Source: Treponemataceae bacterium (GTDB taxonomy: Bacteria > Spirochaetota > Spirochaetia > Treponematales > Rectinemataceae). From it: DNA of 64,000 bases. How positions within the stretch are numbered: position 1 is the first letter of the stretch; each line of letters starts with the position of its first letter. The notes under the pieces were generated by a model that made no database searches, was not told the DNA's origin, and worked only from the letters and a program-made list of their open reading frames with translations. The position numbers and the translations under genes were made by a program. The stretch is taken from positions 448,001 through 512,000 of the forward strand of contig CAXXVZ010000003.1 in assembly GCA_963678065.2 (NCBI GenBank), in the 5' to 3' direction. Shown here in pieces: positions 27,828 to 39,189 of the stretch.

Positions 27828-30815
27828 ATGTATTTCAACGAATTGGTCGCCGCGTACGACCAGCAGCGCCGCGAACGGAACATCTACCACGATCTCATGC
27901 GGTTCCGCATCAGGGAAGTCCTCCTCGTCGGCAGCCTCTACGATTCCTTCGTCGTCGAATCCGATGGTGTGCTCACCGAGCAGATATACGGGGAGTACTT
28001 CAAGCTCAACCTTAACACTGTGCCCCGCGTTCAATGCGCCTACACAGCCGAGACTGCCCTCGATTTGTTCACCGATGGTCGCTATGACCTCGTCATTCTC
28101 ATGGCGGGACTCGATTTCACCCAGCCTCTGGAAATTGCCGCCGCGATGAAACGCCTGTGGCCCGACACACCTATACTCCTCATGGTCACCAACAACACGA
28201 GCCTCGCGAGCCTGGACATGCAGAACCCGAGACTCGCCCACATAGACCGGGTCTTTGTATGGAACGGCTACTCGAAGCTCTTTGTCGGAATGATCAAATA
28301 CGTGGAGGACCTGCGCAATGTCGACGCAGACACGAGAACGGGCCAGGTCAGGGTCATCCTCCTCATCGAGGATTCCGTGCGGTACTACTCGCGCTACCTG
28401 CCTGTTCTCTACAAAGTCGTGTTGCGCCAGACCCAGGCTCTCATCGAAGAGGAAAAGGCCGGAGAGACATTCAAGCTCCTCAGCATGAGGGCGCGACCCA
28501 AGATACTCCTCGCCTCGAGCTACGAGGAGGCCGTGACCATATTTGAGAAGTATGAGCCCTACATCCTCACCGTCATAACCGACCTCCGTTTCCCCCACAA
28601 GGGAATCTGCGACGAAAATTCCGGATTCGAATTTCTCGAAATGGCGAAGAGCCGCATCCGGGATCTTCCCGTCCTCGTCCAGTCGAGCGAAAAGTCAGTC
28701 CGCGAACATGCCTACGTCCTCGGAGCATCTTTTGCGGACAAGAATTCCGAGTCGCTCGAGCATGAACTCGCCACCTACCTTCAGGAAAACCTTGGATTCG
28801 GTCCATTCCGCTTCCGTGATCCGAGCGGCAACGTGATTTCGACAGCCCGCAACATGGAAGAGTTCATGTTCCAGCTGAACGAACTCCCCGCCGAGAGCAT
28901 CATCCACCACGCCCGCCGCAACCACTTCTCGGCCTGGCTCATGGCGCGCGGCGAGATACAGTTCGCGAAACTTCTCAAGAACTACAAAGTCGACGATTTC
29001 GATTCCGCCCAGGATGTCCGCGATTTCATCATGCGCATCGTCAACAACGCGAGGCGCGACAAGTCGCGGGGCGTCGTCCCCGCCTTCGACGAGGCTTTCT
29101 GCCGCGACGAGAACTGTATCTCCCGGCTCGGGGACGGCTCGGTCGGAGGGAAGGGCAGGGGACTCATTTTTCTCCGGAGCCTCCTCGAAAACCTCGATTT
29201 CACGCAGTACCTGAAAGGCATCGAAGTGAAGATCCCCCGCACGGCCTTCATAGGGATCGACGAATTCGAGCGCTTCCTCGAGTCGAACGGACTCTGGTCC
29301 TTCGCCTATTACGAGGCGGCTCACCAGGAAATCCGCACCCGTTTCCTGGCTTCTCCGCTCTCTTCCCAGCTGGTCGGCAGGCTCAGGCGCTTTGCCTCGG
29401 CGACGACCCAGCCCCTCGCCATCCGTTCCTCGGGTCTCTTCGAGGACATGCTCATGGTCCCCTTCTCCGGAATCTACGACACCTACATCATCCCCAATTC
29501 ACACCCTGACTTGGAAGTTCGGGTCAGACAGATGTGCGATGCGATCAGACTGATCTACGCCAGCCTTTTTTCGAAGGCAGCCTGCGACTATTTCGAGACT
29601 GCGGGATACAATCTCGAAGAGGAGCGGATGGCGATCGTCATCCAGGAAGTCGTCGGCAGACAGCGGGGTCGATATTTTTACCCGCATCTCTCCGGCACTG
29701 CCCAGTCATACAATTACTACCCGGTTTCCTACATCAAGCCCGAAGATGGCCTGTGCATTTCCGCCCTCGGGCTCGGATGTTATGTAGTGGAAGGCGGAGT
29801 CTCTCATCAGTTCAGCCCCCGCTATCCCAGAATCGACGTCGTGTCGCCCGAGCACCTGATCGAAAATTCACAGAGGGTATTCCGGGCGCTCGACATGGAT
29901 CTGGCAGAACCCGACCTTTCTGTCGGCGAGGACGCAGCTCTCGTCGAGTTGCCCATCTCTGAAGCCGAAGCGGATCCGATGTTCAATCTCCTCGCCTCGA
30001 CCTGGGATATCGCCGACCGCTGTCTCGTCCCCGGGACCGGGGCGAGAGGGCCCAAGTTCATCAATCTCGCCAATATCCTGAAATACGATGCCTTCCCCTT
30101 CGCCCAGGCCATCGAGATGATTCTCCAGATCGGATCGCGCTCCATGGGCGCTCCGGTGGAAATCGAGTATGCGCTCAATATCGACGAACCGGACGGGATA
30201 CCGGCTCTCTATCTCCTCCAGCTGAAACCGCTCATGCACAAGGAAGACAAGATCGAGATCGATTTCTCCGGAATTGATCCTGCGGATTGTGTCATCGTTT
30301 CGGGAAGAAGCATGGGCAACGGACGGGACAACTCGATCACTGACATCGTCTGGGTGGACCCGGAGCGCTTCAACCGTTCCCGAACGGTGGATATAGCGAC
30401 TGAAATCGAGGAAATAGACATGACTTTCCGGAGGGAAGGTCGTCGCTACCTTCTCATCGGTCCCGGGCGGTGGGGCACCAGAGACAGATGGCTGGGTGTG
30501 CCGGTCACCTACCCGCAGATTTCTCGCGCAAGAGTCATCGTGGAGGCTGACCTGCCCGGCTTTCACGTCGAATCATCCCTCGGCTCGCACTTTTTCCACA
30601 ACGTCACGAGCATGAACATCGGATACCTGACAGTGCCTTCCAACGAGCCCGGCGTCTTCGTCGATTGGGACTGGCTCGCCGCCCTGCCGCGCTGTCGACA
30701 GACCGTTCACTGCAACTGGGCCCGCCTGGAAAGCCCGCTCGATGTGCTCATGGATGGGCGAAACGGCCGCTCCCTCGTCATGAAGCCCGGTCCCCGAAAA
30801 CAGGAAGCCTCCTGA
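27828..30815 (+). CDS. Receiver-domain/PPDK-type ATP-grasp fusion protein (often labelled PEP/pyruvate-binding domain protein), 995 aa
   Basis: Two receiver-like folds (second: ILLIEDS...VITDLRFP...QSS...ADK); helical RNHFSAWL domain; ATP-grasp VGGKGRGL, LAIRSSGLFED, MAIVIQEVVG, EIEYA...LLQLKP; C-terminal GPGRWG...SSLGSHFF domain. Confidence 0.85.
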   Translation: MYFNELVAAYDQQRRERNIYHDLMRFRIREVLLVGSLYDSFVVESDGVLTEQIYGEYFKLNLNTVPRVQCAYTAETALDLFTDGRYDLVILMAGLDFTQPLEIAAAMKRLWPDTPILLMVTNNTSLASLDMQNPRLAHIDRVFVWNGYSKLFVGMIKYVEDLRNVDADTRTGQVRVILLIEDSVRYYSRYLPVLYKVVLRQTQALIEEEKAGETFKLLSMRARPKILLASSYEEAVTIFEKYEPYILTVITDLRFPHKGICDENSGFEFLEMAKSRIRDLPVLVQSSEKSVREHAYVLGASFADKNSESLEHELATYLQENLGFGPFRFRDPSGNVISTARNMEEFMFQLNELPAESIIHHARRNHFSAWLMARGEIQFAKLLKNYKVDDFDSAQDVRDFIMRIVNNARRDKSRGVVPAFDEAFCRDENCISRLGDGSVGGKGRGLIFLRSLLENLDFTQYLKGIEVKIPRTAFIGIDEFERFLESNGLWSFAYYEAAHQEIRTRFLASPLSSQLVGRLRRFASATTQPLAIRSSGLFEDMLMVPFSGIYDTYIIPNSHPDLEVRVRQMCDAIRLIYASLFSKAACDYFETAGYNLEEERMAIVIQEVVGRQRGRYFYPHLSGTAQSYNYYPVSYIKPEDGLCISALGLGCYVVEGGVSHQFSPRYPRIDVVSPEHLIENSQRVFRALDMDLAEPDLSVGEDAALVELPISEAEADPMFNLLASTWDIADRCLVPGTGARGPKFINLANILKYDAFPFAQAIEMILQIGSRSMGAPVEIEYALNIDEPDGIPALYLLQLKPLMHKEDKIEIDFSGIDPADCVIVSGRSMGNGRDNSITDIVWVDPERFNRSRTVDIATEIEEIDMTFRREGRRYLLIGPGRWGTRDRWLGVPVTYPQISRARVIVEADLPGFHVESSLGSHFFHNVTSMNIGYLTVPSNEPGVFVDWDWLAALPRCRQTVHCNWARLESPLDVLMDGRNGRSLVMKPGPRKQEAS

Positions 30816-30920
30816 TCATTGACGGCCGATCCGGTTTTCGTCCATAGTATCACACTAAACTGAAAGGCCGGCTCAGAATACGCCCAAAGCAGGCCTTCCA
30901 ACCCAACCCGGAGCGCATGA

Positions 30921-32489
30921 ATGGATGCACGAAATCTGGTAAAAACCCTTCATCCCCTGGAGGTGAAGGTACTCCTGCGATACAGTCCCGACGACGAATT
31001 GGATTCGGAACGGCTGAAAGGCGAACTCGGTTACAGGGATGGACAGGATAACCAGGCTTTTTCCTGGCTAGTCGCAAAGGGACTCGCGGCAGAGTCATCG
31101 CGCAGCGCCCGCACGATCTTCGAAATAACTCAATTGGGTCGCGATACGGCCCGCGACGGGACTCCCGAAGAGAGGATTCTGGCATATATCTCTGCCTCTG
31201 GCGCATCCCGCATTCCGGATATTGTCGCGGGATTGGGGCTCGACCAGAAAACAGTCGGCTCGGCCTTCGGCCAGCTCTCCAAAGATGGTCTCCTCGTCAT
31301 GGATGCGGAAAAGAAGGCTTCCCTCGCATCGACAGGCACACTTCCTGCGCGCATCGCCCTTCTCAAAGGACTTCTTGCCTCTGCCTGCGCTGCGCCCGAT
31401 GGGATTCTCGAAGAAGCCAGACTCGATGCGGGTCAGATCCAGGTCATGTCCGGAGTGGCCAAGAAGAGAGGAGCCCAGGACGCCTATTTCCGTCTTGCGG
31501 AACGCGAGCGGCTTGCCTACCGACTCCTCCCCGAGGCGATGGGCGTGAAAGCCGAACTCGAGGCCCAGGGAGTCACAGGCGATGAGCTGGGAGAAATCTC
31601 ACAAACCATCCTGGAAAACGGGAGCTGGAAAACCGCAACCTTCCGGCCCTACAACATCGGCATCTCCGCACCCCGCCTCATTCCGGGAAGGCACAATCCA
31701 TATGTAGAATTCCTCGAAAGCGTCAAGGACAAACTCGCTTCCCTCGGTTTCGAGGAGTTTGACGGCAGCCTCGTGGAAACCGAGTTCTGGAACTCCGATG
31801 CGCTTTTCATGCCGCAATTCCACTCCGCCCGCGACATTCACGATGTTTACTATGTTTCCGAGCCCTCAAAGGCTCGTTTCATAGAAGAACCTTACCTCAC
31901 ACAGATTTCGCGGACCCATGAAAACGGCGGAGAGACGGAGAGCCGAGGTTGGTCCTATGACTTCGACCGGGAGTTCACCAAGCGTCTCATCCTCAGAAGC
32001 CAGGGGACCGTCCTCTCCGCCCGGCAACTGCCCAAGGCCCAGATTCCCGGAAAGTATTTCGGCATAGCCCGATGCTTCCGATACGACAGGGTCGACGCCA
32101 CACATCTCTCGGATTTCTACCAGACGGAAGGTATCGTTCTCGGAGAGGAAGTCAATCTCCGAACCCTTCTCGGTTTCCTCAGGATGTTCGCCGTCGAGGT
32201 AGCGGGCGCTAAGGAAGTCAAATACGTTCCCGGATACTTCCCGTTTACGGAGCCCTCCGTCGAGGTGCACATCAAGCACCCTGTTCTCGGCTGGTTCGAA
32301 CTGGGCGGAGCAGGCATCTTCCGGCCGGAGGTCACCGAGCCCCTTGGCGTCACGGTGCCGGTCCTGGCCTGGGGAATCGGTATCGACCGCATGGCTCTGA
32401 TGGCCCTCGGTCTCAATGATCTTCGAGAGCTGTTCAGCCCTGATCTCGAAAACGTACGCATGCGCCGGTCCCTGGCTGCACTGAAATAG
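30921..32489 (+). CDS. pheS: Phenylalanyl-tRNA synthetase alpha subunit, long archaeal/eukaryotic type
   Basis: FWNSDALFMPQFHSARDIHD, FRYDRVDATHLSDFYQTEG, YFPFTEPSVE, ELGGAGIFRPEV, AWGIGIDR; long N-terminal extension. Confidence 0.97.
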   Translation: MDARNLVKTLHPLEVKVLLRYSPDDELDSERLKGELGYRDGQDNQAFSWLVAKGLAAESSRSARTIFEITQLGRDTARDGTPEERILAYISASGASRIPDIVAGLGLDQKTVGSAFGQLSKDGLLVMDAEKKASLASTGTLPARIALLKGLLASACAAPDGILEEARLDAGQIQVMSGVAKKRGAQDAYFRLAERERLAYRLLPEAMGVKAELEAQGVTGDELGEISQTILENGSWKTATFRPYNIGISAPRLIPGRHNPYVEFLESVKDKLASLGFEEFDGSLVETEFWNSDALFMPQFHSARDIHDVYYVSEPSKARFIEEPYLTQISRTHENGGETESRGWSYDFDREFTKRLILRSQGTVLSARQLPKAQIPGKYFGIARCFRYDRVDATHLSDFYQTEGIVLGEEVNLRTLLGFLRMFAVEVAGAKEVKYVPGYFPFTEPSVEVHIKHPVLGWFELGGAGIFRPEVTEPLGVTVPVLAWGIGIDRMALMALGLNDLRELFSPDLENVRMRRSLAALK

Positions 32490-32500
32490 GGAGAAGTCCA

Positions 32501-34207
32501 ATGCCCAAGATAGAAGTCAATGAAAAACAGTTCTTCGAACTCCTCGGGGAACGCTACGATGCACGGCAGCTCGACACACTTCTGCCGACCGCGAAAGCCG
32601 AACTGGATGAGTGGAAACCCGAAGAGGGAGATGCCGAGACAAGAACCATCAAGATCGAGCTGAACGACACGAATAGACCCGATCTCTGGACCACTGCGGG
32701 ACTCGCGAGGCAGCTTCGCGTGAAGCGGACCGGGCAGAGGCCTGTCTATGGATTTTTCTCCGACAAGCACAATGTAAGGCAGACCACAAAAAAAGTGATC
32801 GTCGAGGAATCTGTCCGTACCCCTCGTCCATGGCTCGCCGGCTTCGTCGCGAGCGGAATCGATGTGACCGACGCTTCTCTCAAGGACATGATACAGACCC
32901 AGGAGAAACTCGCCTGGAATTTCGGACGGAAGCGGAGAACCGTATCGATAGGTCTGTACCGGACCTCGATAATCCAGTGGCCGATCATATACAAAGGCGT
33001 CGATCCCGATTCCGTCTCCTTTGTGCCCCTGCAAGAGACCCGCAGCATGTCGATGCGCCGTATCCTCTCCGAGCATCCAAAGGGAAGAGAGTACGCCTTC
33101 ATCCTCCAGAGCATGCCGATTCATCCGATATTGACCGATTCCCGTGGCGCCGTCCTCTCCTATCCGCCGATCATCAATTCTGCCGACCTCGGCGCGGTGC
33201 AGGTCGGGGACAGGGAGCTCTTCATCGAAGTGACCGGGACTGACATGCACTCCGTCTGTCTCGCGGCCTCCATCATGGCCTGCGATCTCGCAGACATCGG
33301 CTTCGCCATCGAGCCTGTGCAAGTCGACTATGCCTACGACACGCCCTTCGGCCGCTCGCCCGTCTTCCCCTGGTACTTTCAGGAGCCTGTCGCGGTAAAG
33401 GCGGACAGGGTGGCCAGGCTCCTGGGCGTGACAATGTCGGCGGAAGAAGTTGCAGGAGCCGTGGGCAAGATGGGATGCAGGTACAGCGTCCGCGACGACG
33501 AAGTGACCGTCTATCCTGCCGAGTATCGCAACGACTTTCTCCACCCTGTCGATATCGTCGAAGACGTCATGATCGGCATGGACATGGAGAGCTTTGAACC
33601 GGAGCGTCCGAGGGATTTCACGATCGGAAGGCTTTCACCGATCGAAGTCTTCTCGCGGAAAGCCAAAAGAACCATGGTCGGTCTCGGTTTTCAGGAGATG
33701 ATCTACAACTATCTCGGGAGTCGCAAGGATTTTGCCGACAAGATGGGACTCGATCCGGACGCGATAGTCCGCATCAGCAACCCTATGACGGAAAACGTCG
33801 AGTTCCTGCGAAACTCTCCGCTTCCCGGACTGCTCGGAACAGAGTCCATCTCAAGCACGGCCGCCTATCCCCACAAGACCTGCGAAGTCGGCAAGGTCGC
33901 GGTGAAGGATGAATCCGAAAACTATGGCATATCGACGCGGCAGACTCTGGGTTTCATGATCAGCCACCAGACGGCGAATTTCAACGAAGCCTCAGGCAAT
34001 GTCGCCACCCTGTTCTACTATCTCGGCCGTGAGTACAGGATCGTCGAATCCGAGGACAGTCGATTCATACCCGGAAGACAGGCAAACATTGTCTGTGGAG
34101 AAAAGACAGTCGGCGTATTCGGCGAGATTCATCCCCGCGTGCTCGAAGCCTGGGGCATCGTCATGCCCTGCGTCGGCGGCGAAATCAATCTGGACGCCAT
34201 TCTTTAG
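32501..34207 (+). CDS. pheT: Phenylalanyl-tRNA synthetase beta subunit, short archaeal/eukaryotic type
   Basis: DTNRPDL, QEKLAWNFGRKRR, LSYPPIINS, YRNDFLHPVDIVEDV, FGEIHPRVL; 568 aa, no bacterial B2/B8 domains. Confidence 0.97.
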   Translation: MPKIEVNEKQFFELLGERYDARQLDTLLPTAKAELDEWKPEEGDAETRTIKIELNDTNRPDLWTTAGLARQLRVKRTGQRPVYGFFSDKHNVRQTTKKVIVEESVRTPRPWLAGFVASGIDVTDASLKDMIQTQEKLAWNFGRKRRTVSIGLYRTSIIQWPIIYKGVDPDSVSFVPLQETRSMSMRRILSEHPKGREYAFILQSMPIHPILTDSRGAVLSYPPIINSADLGAVQVGDRELFIEVTGTDMHSVCLAASIMACDLADIGFAIEPVQVDYAYDTPFGRSPVFPWYFQEPVAVKADRVARLLGVTMSAEEVAGAVGKMGCRYSVRDDEVTVYPAEYRNDFLHPVDIVEDVMIGMDMESFEPERPRDFTIGRLSPIEVFSRKAKRTMVGLGFQEMIYNYLGSRKDFADKMGLDPDAIVRISNPMTENVEFLRNSPLPGLLGTESISSTAAYPHKTCEVGKVAVKDESENYGISTRQTLGFMISHQTANFNEASGNVATLFYYLGREYRIVESEDSRFIPGRQANIVCGEKTVGVFGEIHPRVLEAWGIVMPCVGGEINLDAIL

Positions 34208-34271
34208 CTCTCTTCGGAGAGAAGGCCGGCGATACCTGAAGCGCCTCTGACTCCCTTTCTGGAGTCAGAGG
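34208..34271. terminator. Hairpins between convergent pheT and speE
   Basis: CTCTC-TTCG-GAGAG and an 11-bp perfect inverted repeat CCTCTGACTCC/GGAGTCAGAGG; no clear U-tract. Confidence 0.5.
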
Positions 34272-34343
34272 TTCCCGTGCATGGAGAGGGCCCGCGGACG
34301 TTTAACGCTCGAGGGCCTTCTCTGTATCTGTACCGGGGCAGAC

Positions 34344-35183
34344 TCAGATTCCGTCAGTTATCCTTCTGATGTATTCGGGAAGCGCAAATGCGGCCCGCAT
34401 GATGTCAGGATTGAAGTACAAAGTCGGAATGGACGCAAAGCGGCTTGTCGAACCTGGTTCGGCGCTTGCCGGATCGAAAGTCTTCGTCGCAAACGCAAAG
34501 AGGCGGTGCGAAAAACAAGGAAGAATTCCCGGACTGTCGTAGAGTCTGAAAACGGGAAAGAGACGCTTCAGCTTGGCTATCGCCGAGGCCAGCTCGCGCC
34601 TGCCCTGCAGGAATGCGTGACTGCCGCAATCCGCGATGATGGCTCCGTCGCTTGTGAGCAACCTGAAACAGTCGCAGAAGAAGGATTGCGGATAGAGCTG
34701 TGAAGAAGAGGCTCCGGGAATGTCGACGATGATGAGGTCGAAACGTTCACGGCTGTCACGCACAAAGTCGGTCCCATCCTTGGCCACAAGTTTGACCCTC
34801 GGATTGGTGAAGGCTTCTGTCTGTTTGGGGAACCAACGTTTGACGGCTTCGAGCACGGCGATGTCGGCTCCGACCACAGTGATTTTTTCCAGCGCCGGAT
34901 GTCGGAGGAGCATGCACAAGGTCCCTCCATCCGATCCACCGACGAGCAGGACCGAGCGGACCGAGGGAGAGCAGGCGAGAGGAAGATGGGCCATCATCTC
35001 ATGATATGGATCCTCTTCGCTGTCCGAAACGAGGACTATGCCTCCTGAAACGAGAATCCTTCCGAAATCCTCAGTCTCCATCACTGTCACCTGACTGTCA
35101 TCACTTTCCGATTGAAGCGTCCTCGTTATTTTTATACCCTGGGACGACCCAGGGCTTTCTTCGTGCAGAGTCCACACTGTCAT
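34344..35183 (-). CDS. speE: Spermidine synthase (aminopropyltransferase)-like protein with divergent active site
   Basis: ETEDFGRIL, PYHEMMAH, VLLVGGSDGG, DLIIVD, YFNPDIMRAAFALPEY; start at ATG 35183 behind GAGGAG. Confidence 0.8.
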   Translation of the reverse strand: MTVWTLHEESPGSSQGIKITRTLQSESDDSQVTVMETEDFGRILVSGGIVLVSDSEEDPYHEMMAHLPLACSPSVRSVLLVGGSDGGTLCMLLRHPALEKITVVGADIAVLEAVKRWFPKQTEAFTNPRVKLVAKDGTDFVRDSRERFDLIIVDIPGASSSQLYPQSFFCDCFRLLTSDGAIIADCGSHAFLQGRRELASAIAKLKRLFPVFRLYDSPGILPCFSHRLFAFATKTFDPASAEPGSTSRFASIPTLYFNPDIMRAAFALPEYIRRITDGI

Positions 35184-35333
35184 GGAGATACTCCTCGCAT
35201 TGTGTATAGAAAGGAGGGCCCCCATTGTCAAGGAGAGCGTGAGCTCTCTTTCGCTGTCATGTTTCGGCTTACTCTTTTTTTGCTCTTCAATCGGACACTG
35301 TCTTTTCGCGCGATGATTCCATGGGAGGACCTC

Positions 35334-36857
35334 ATGGAGATATTTGCGCACGAGCCTGCAGGATTCGAAGGTTGCCTTGTGGCCGTGGAAGTCGACATAC
35401 GGAGGGGGATTCCTGGAATCGATCTGGTGGGCCTCGCGGCCGGGGCTGTGCGAGAAGCGCGGGAGCGGGTGAGAGTTTCGGTCAACAATTCCGGATTCCG
35501 TTTTCCTCAGGACAGGGTGCTCATCAATCTGGCTCCATCCGATCTGCCTAAAGCGGGTTCTTCCTACGATCTGCCCATCGCACTTGCGATTCTTGTGAAG
35601 GCAGGCTTGCTGCCCGAATCAGGAAGGCCGGTTCTAGCTCTCGGAGAGCTGACTCTGGAAGGCCAGGTCCGGCCTGTCAGGGCGGTGCTTCCGGCCGTCG
35701 TCGCCGGCCTCGCGGCCGGAATACGCGATTTTGTCGTTCCTGAAGCCAATCTCGAAGAGGCACAGGCCCCGGGGAAGGGCTCTGTCCATGCACTCTCCCG
35801 ACTGGACAGAGCGGTCACGATCTTCGAGGCTATCAGAACAGGTAGGCCAAAGGCGGTGACAGCCCCGCGCAGGCGCGGATGTGTAAACGGCGAGGCGGAT
35901 TTCGACGAAATGCGCGGGCATGTAGCCATGAAGCGCTCCTTGCAGGTTGCCGCAGCCGGCAGGCACAATATCCTGCTTTTCGGTCCGCCGGGTTCAGGCA
36001 AGACCATGGCCGCCGCGCGCTTTGCCGGAATACTGCCCGATCTTGCGGAGCAGGAAGCCATGGAAGCTGCATCGCTTCGCTCCCTTGCCGGTGATTTTCC
36101 ACGTGAATCCTTCATCACGGGCCGTCCCCCCTTCAGGTCCCCTCACCACACGGCAACACTGGAGGGTATGACGGGTGGCGGAAGAGTCCTGAAACCCGGA
36201 GAAATCAGCCTGGCACACCGGGGAGTCCTCTTTCTCGACGAAGCCCCCGAGTTCCATAGGGATGTGCTCCAGGCACTGCGCGAGCCGATAGAAGAGGGCT
36301 TTGTTTCTGTCACGAGAGCAGGGCATTCGGCACGGTATCCTGCCAGATTTCAGCTTATTCTGGCGGCCAACCCCTGCCTCTGCGGGAATCTCGGAAGACA
36401 GGGCAAGGTCTGTGTATGTTCATCCACCGATCTGCGCCAGTACTGGAAAAAGCTTGGCGGTCCGCTTCTCGATAGGATAGATATTCGCGTTCCCGTAGAG
36501 CCCATCGACCCAGCTGAGCTGTTATCTTCAGAGAGTTGCACGAGCGCGGTGATGAGGGAAAACGTCACCAGGGCGATTCGGGTCCAGGAACAGCGGTATG
36601 CAGATATGCCTTTTAAACGGAATTCCGACATGTCTGCACGATGTGTGAGCCAGTACTGTCCGGTGGACGATCATCTTGTCCGGGACTTCCGTGTCGTCAT
36701 AAACAAACTTGGTCTCTCGTCGAGGGCCGTCCACTCGATCCTCAAAGTGGCACGAACGATATCCGACATCGATGGCTGTGCGGACATAACTCAGGATTCG
36801 CTTTTTGAAGCGGTGCAGTACCGGCGGTACGGAGAAGCGGATTGCTTCTGGCCATGA
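35334..36857 (+). CDS. comM: YifB/ComM Mg-chelatase-like AAA+ ATPase
   Basis: VREARERV, INLAPSDLPKAGSSYDLPIA, GPPGSGKT, PFRSPHH, PGEISLAHRGVLFLDE, GPLLDRID; GGAGG RBS. Confidence 0.93.
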   Translation: MEIFAHEPAGFEGCLVAVEVDIRRGIPGIDLVGLAAGAVREARERVRVSVNNSGFRFPQDRVLINLAPSDLPKAGSSYDLPIALAILVKAGLLPESGRPVLALGELTLEGQVRPVRAVLPAVVAGLAAGIRDFVVPEANLEEAQAPGKGSVHALSRLDRAVTIFEAIRTGRPKAVTAPRRRGCVNGEADFDEMRGHVAMKRSLQVAAAGRHNILLFGPPGSGKTMAAARFAGILPDLAEQEAMEAASLRSLAGDFPRESFITGRPPFRSPHHTATLEGMTGGGRVLKPGEISLAHRGVLFLDEAPEFHRDVLQALREPIEEGFVSVTRAGHSARYPARFQLILAANPCLCGNLGRQGKVCVCSSTDLRQYWKKLGGPLLDRIDIRVPVEPIDPAELLSSESCTSAVMRENVTRAIRVQEQRYADMPFKRNSDMSARCVSQYCPVDDHLVRDFRVVINKLGLSSRAVHSILKVARTISDIDGCADITQDSLFEAVQYRRYGEADCFWP

Positions 36858-36924
36858 AACTTATTCCAGCGGCTTCGGGCCTCAAAACTGCGCGTGCCCC
36901 ATAAATAAAACACGACAAGAACTG

Positions 36925-37183
36925 TTGACATATCTGCAGGTTTTTCGCTAAGGTTCGTCCCGCCTGACAGAGCACTTCCGGGTGCGCAAGCAGGCAGGGA
37001 AAACGTAAAAAACCTTGCAGAAGCTATTGACAGGAGCCCGGTGGATTTGATAGTTTCATTGGGCACCATAAAACAGTGCTGTGTGACTGATGAGTTCAGT
37101 CAGCGGCTCTGGTGTCCGAGTCATTCTGAGAAAGGCAGGAAGGAAAGATCTGCTTGACAGGGTGAGAGGTGTGGTGGTAAAAA
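36925..37183 (+). promoter_or_regulatory. Three tandem putative rrn promoters
   Basis: TTGACA-18-TAAGGT (36925-36954), TTGACA-18-TAGTTT (37027-37056), TTGACA-18-TAAAAA (37154-37183). Confidence 0.7.
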
Positions 37184-37438
37184 GCTGAGCCGCATGGCAC
37201 GGAAGCTGCTGATGTGGTTGAGAAAGGGTCATTAACAGGAACAAGGGAAGGGATAGAGTAAGGGAGAGGACCGAAAGGTTCGAAGCCAAACAGGGCAGTG
37301 AGGAGTCGGATGAGAGTTCGGCGAGGCACGGTCATGAGAGGCGAGAGGAAAGCGAATGCCGGTGTTTCCGAGAGGGAATACGGAACAAGAAGATTTGATT
37401 CTTTATGATATCGAATGGGCTTCGGCCCGTTTGAATAT

Positions 37439-38982
<1,544 letters not shown>

Positions 38983-39115
38983 GCGAGAAAGAGTGGACAG
39001 TCTTTGAAGTACGCTTTCACGAATGCGTGCATTCGTGAAAGCGGAAGCCGAAGGCTGACGCACTGGATCGAAGGCAGTACTAACCCTCCTTACTTTATCC
39101 CTTCTTTTTTTATAT

Positions 39116-39189
39116 GGGCCAGTAGCTCAGTCGGTTAGAGCACTTCTCTGATAAGGAAGGGGTCAATAGTTCAACTCTATTCTGGCCCA
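39116..39189 (+). tRNA. tRNA-Ile(GAT)
   Basis: Cloverleaf GGGCCAG/CTGGCCC; anticodon arm CTTCT-CTGATAA-GGAAG; GTTCAA T-loop; CCA not encoded. Confidence 0.97.

Noticed and set aside
26264..27883. 539-aa ORF antisense to gdhA
   Set aside because: Antisense open frames over gdh genes are a familiar annotation artefact; the plus strand carries all the GDH motifs
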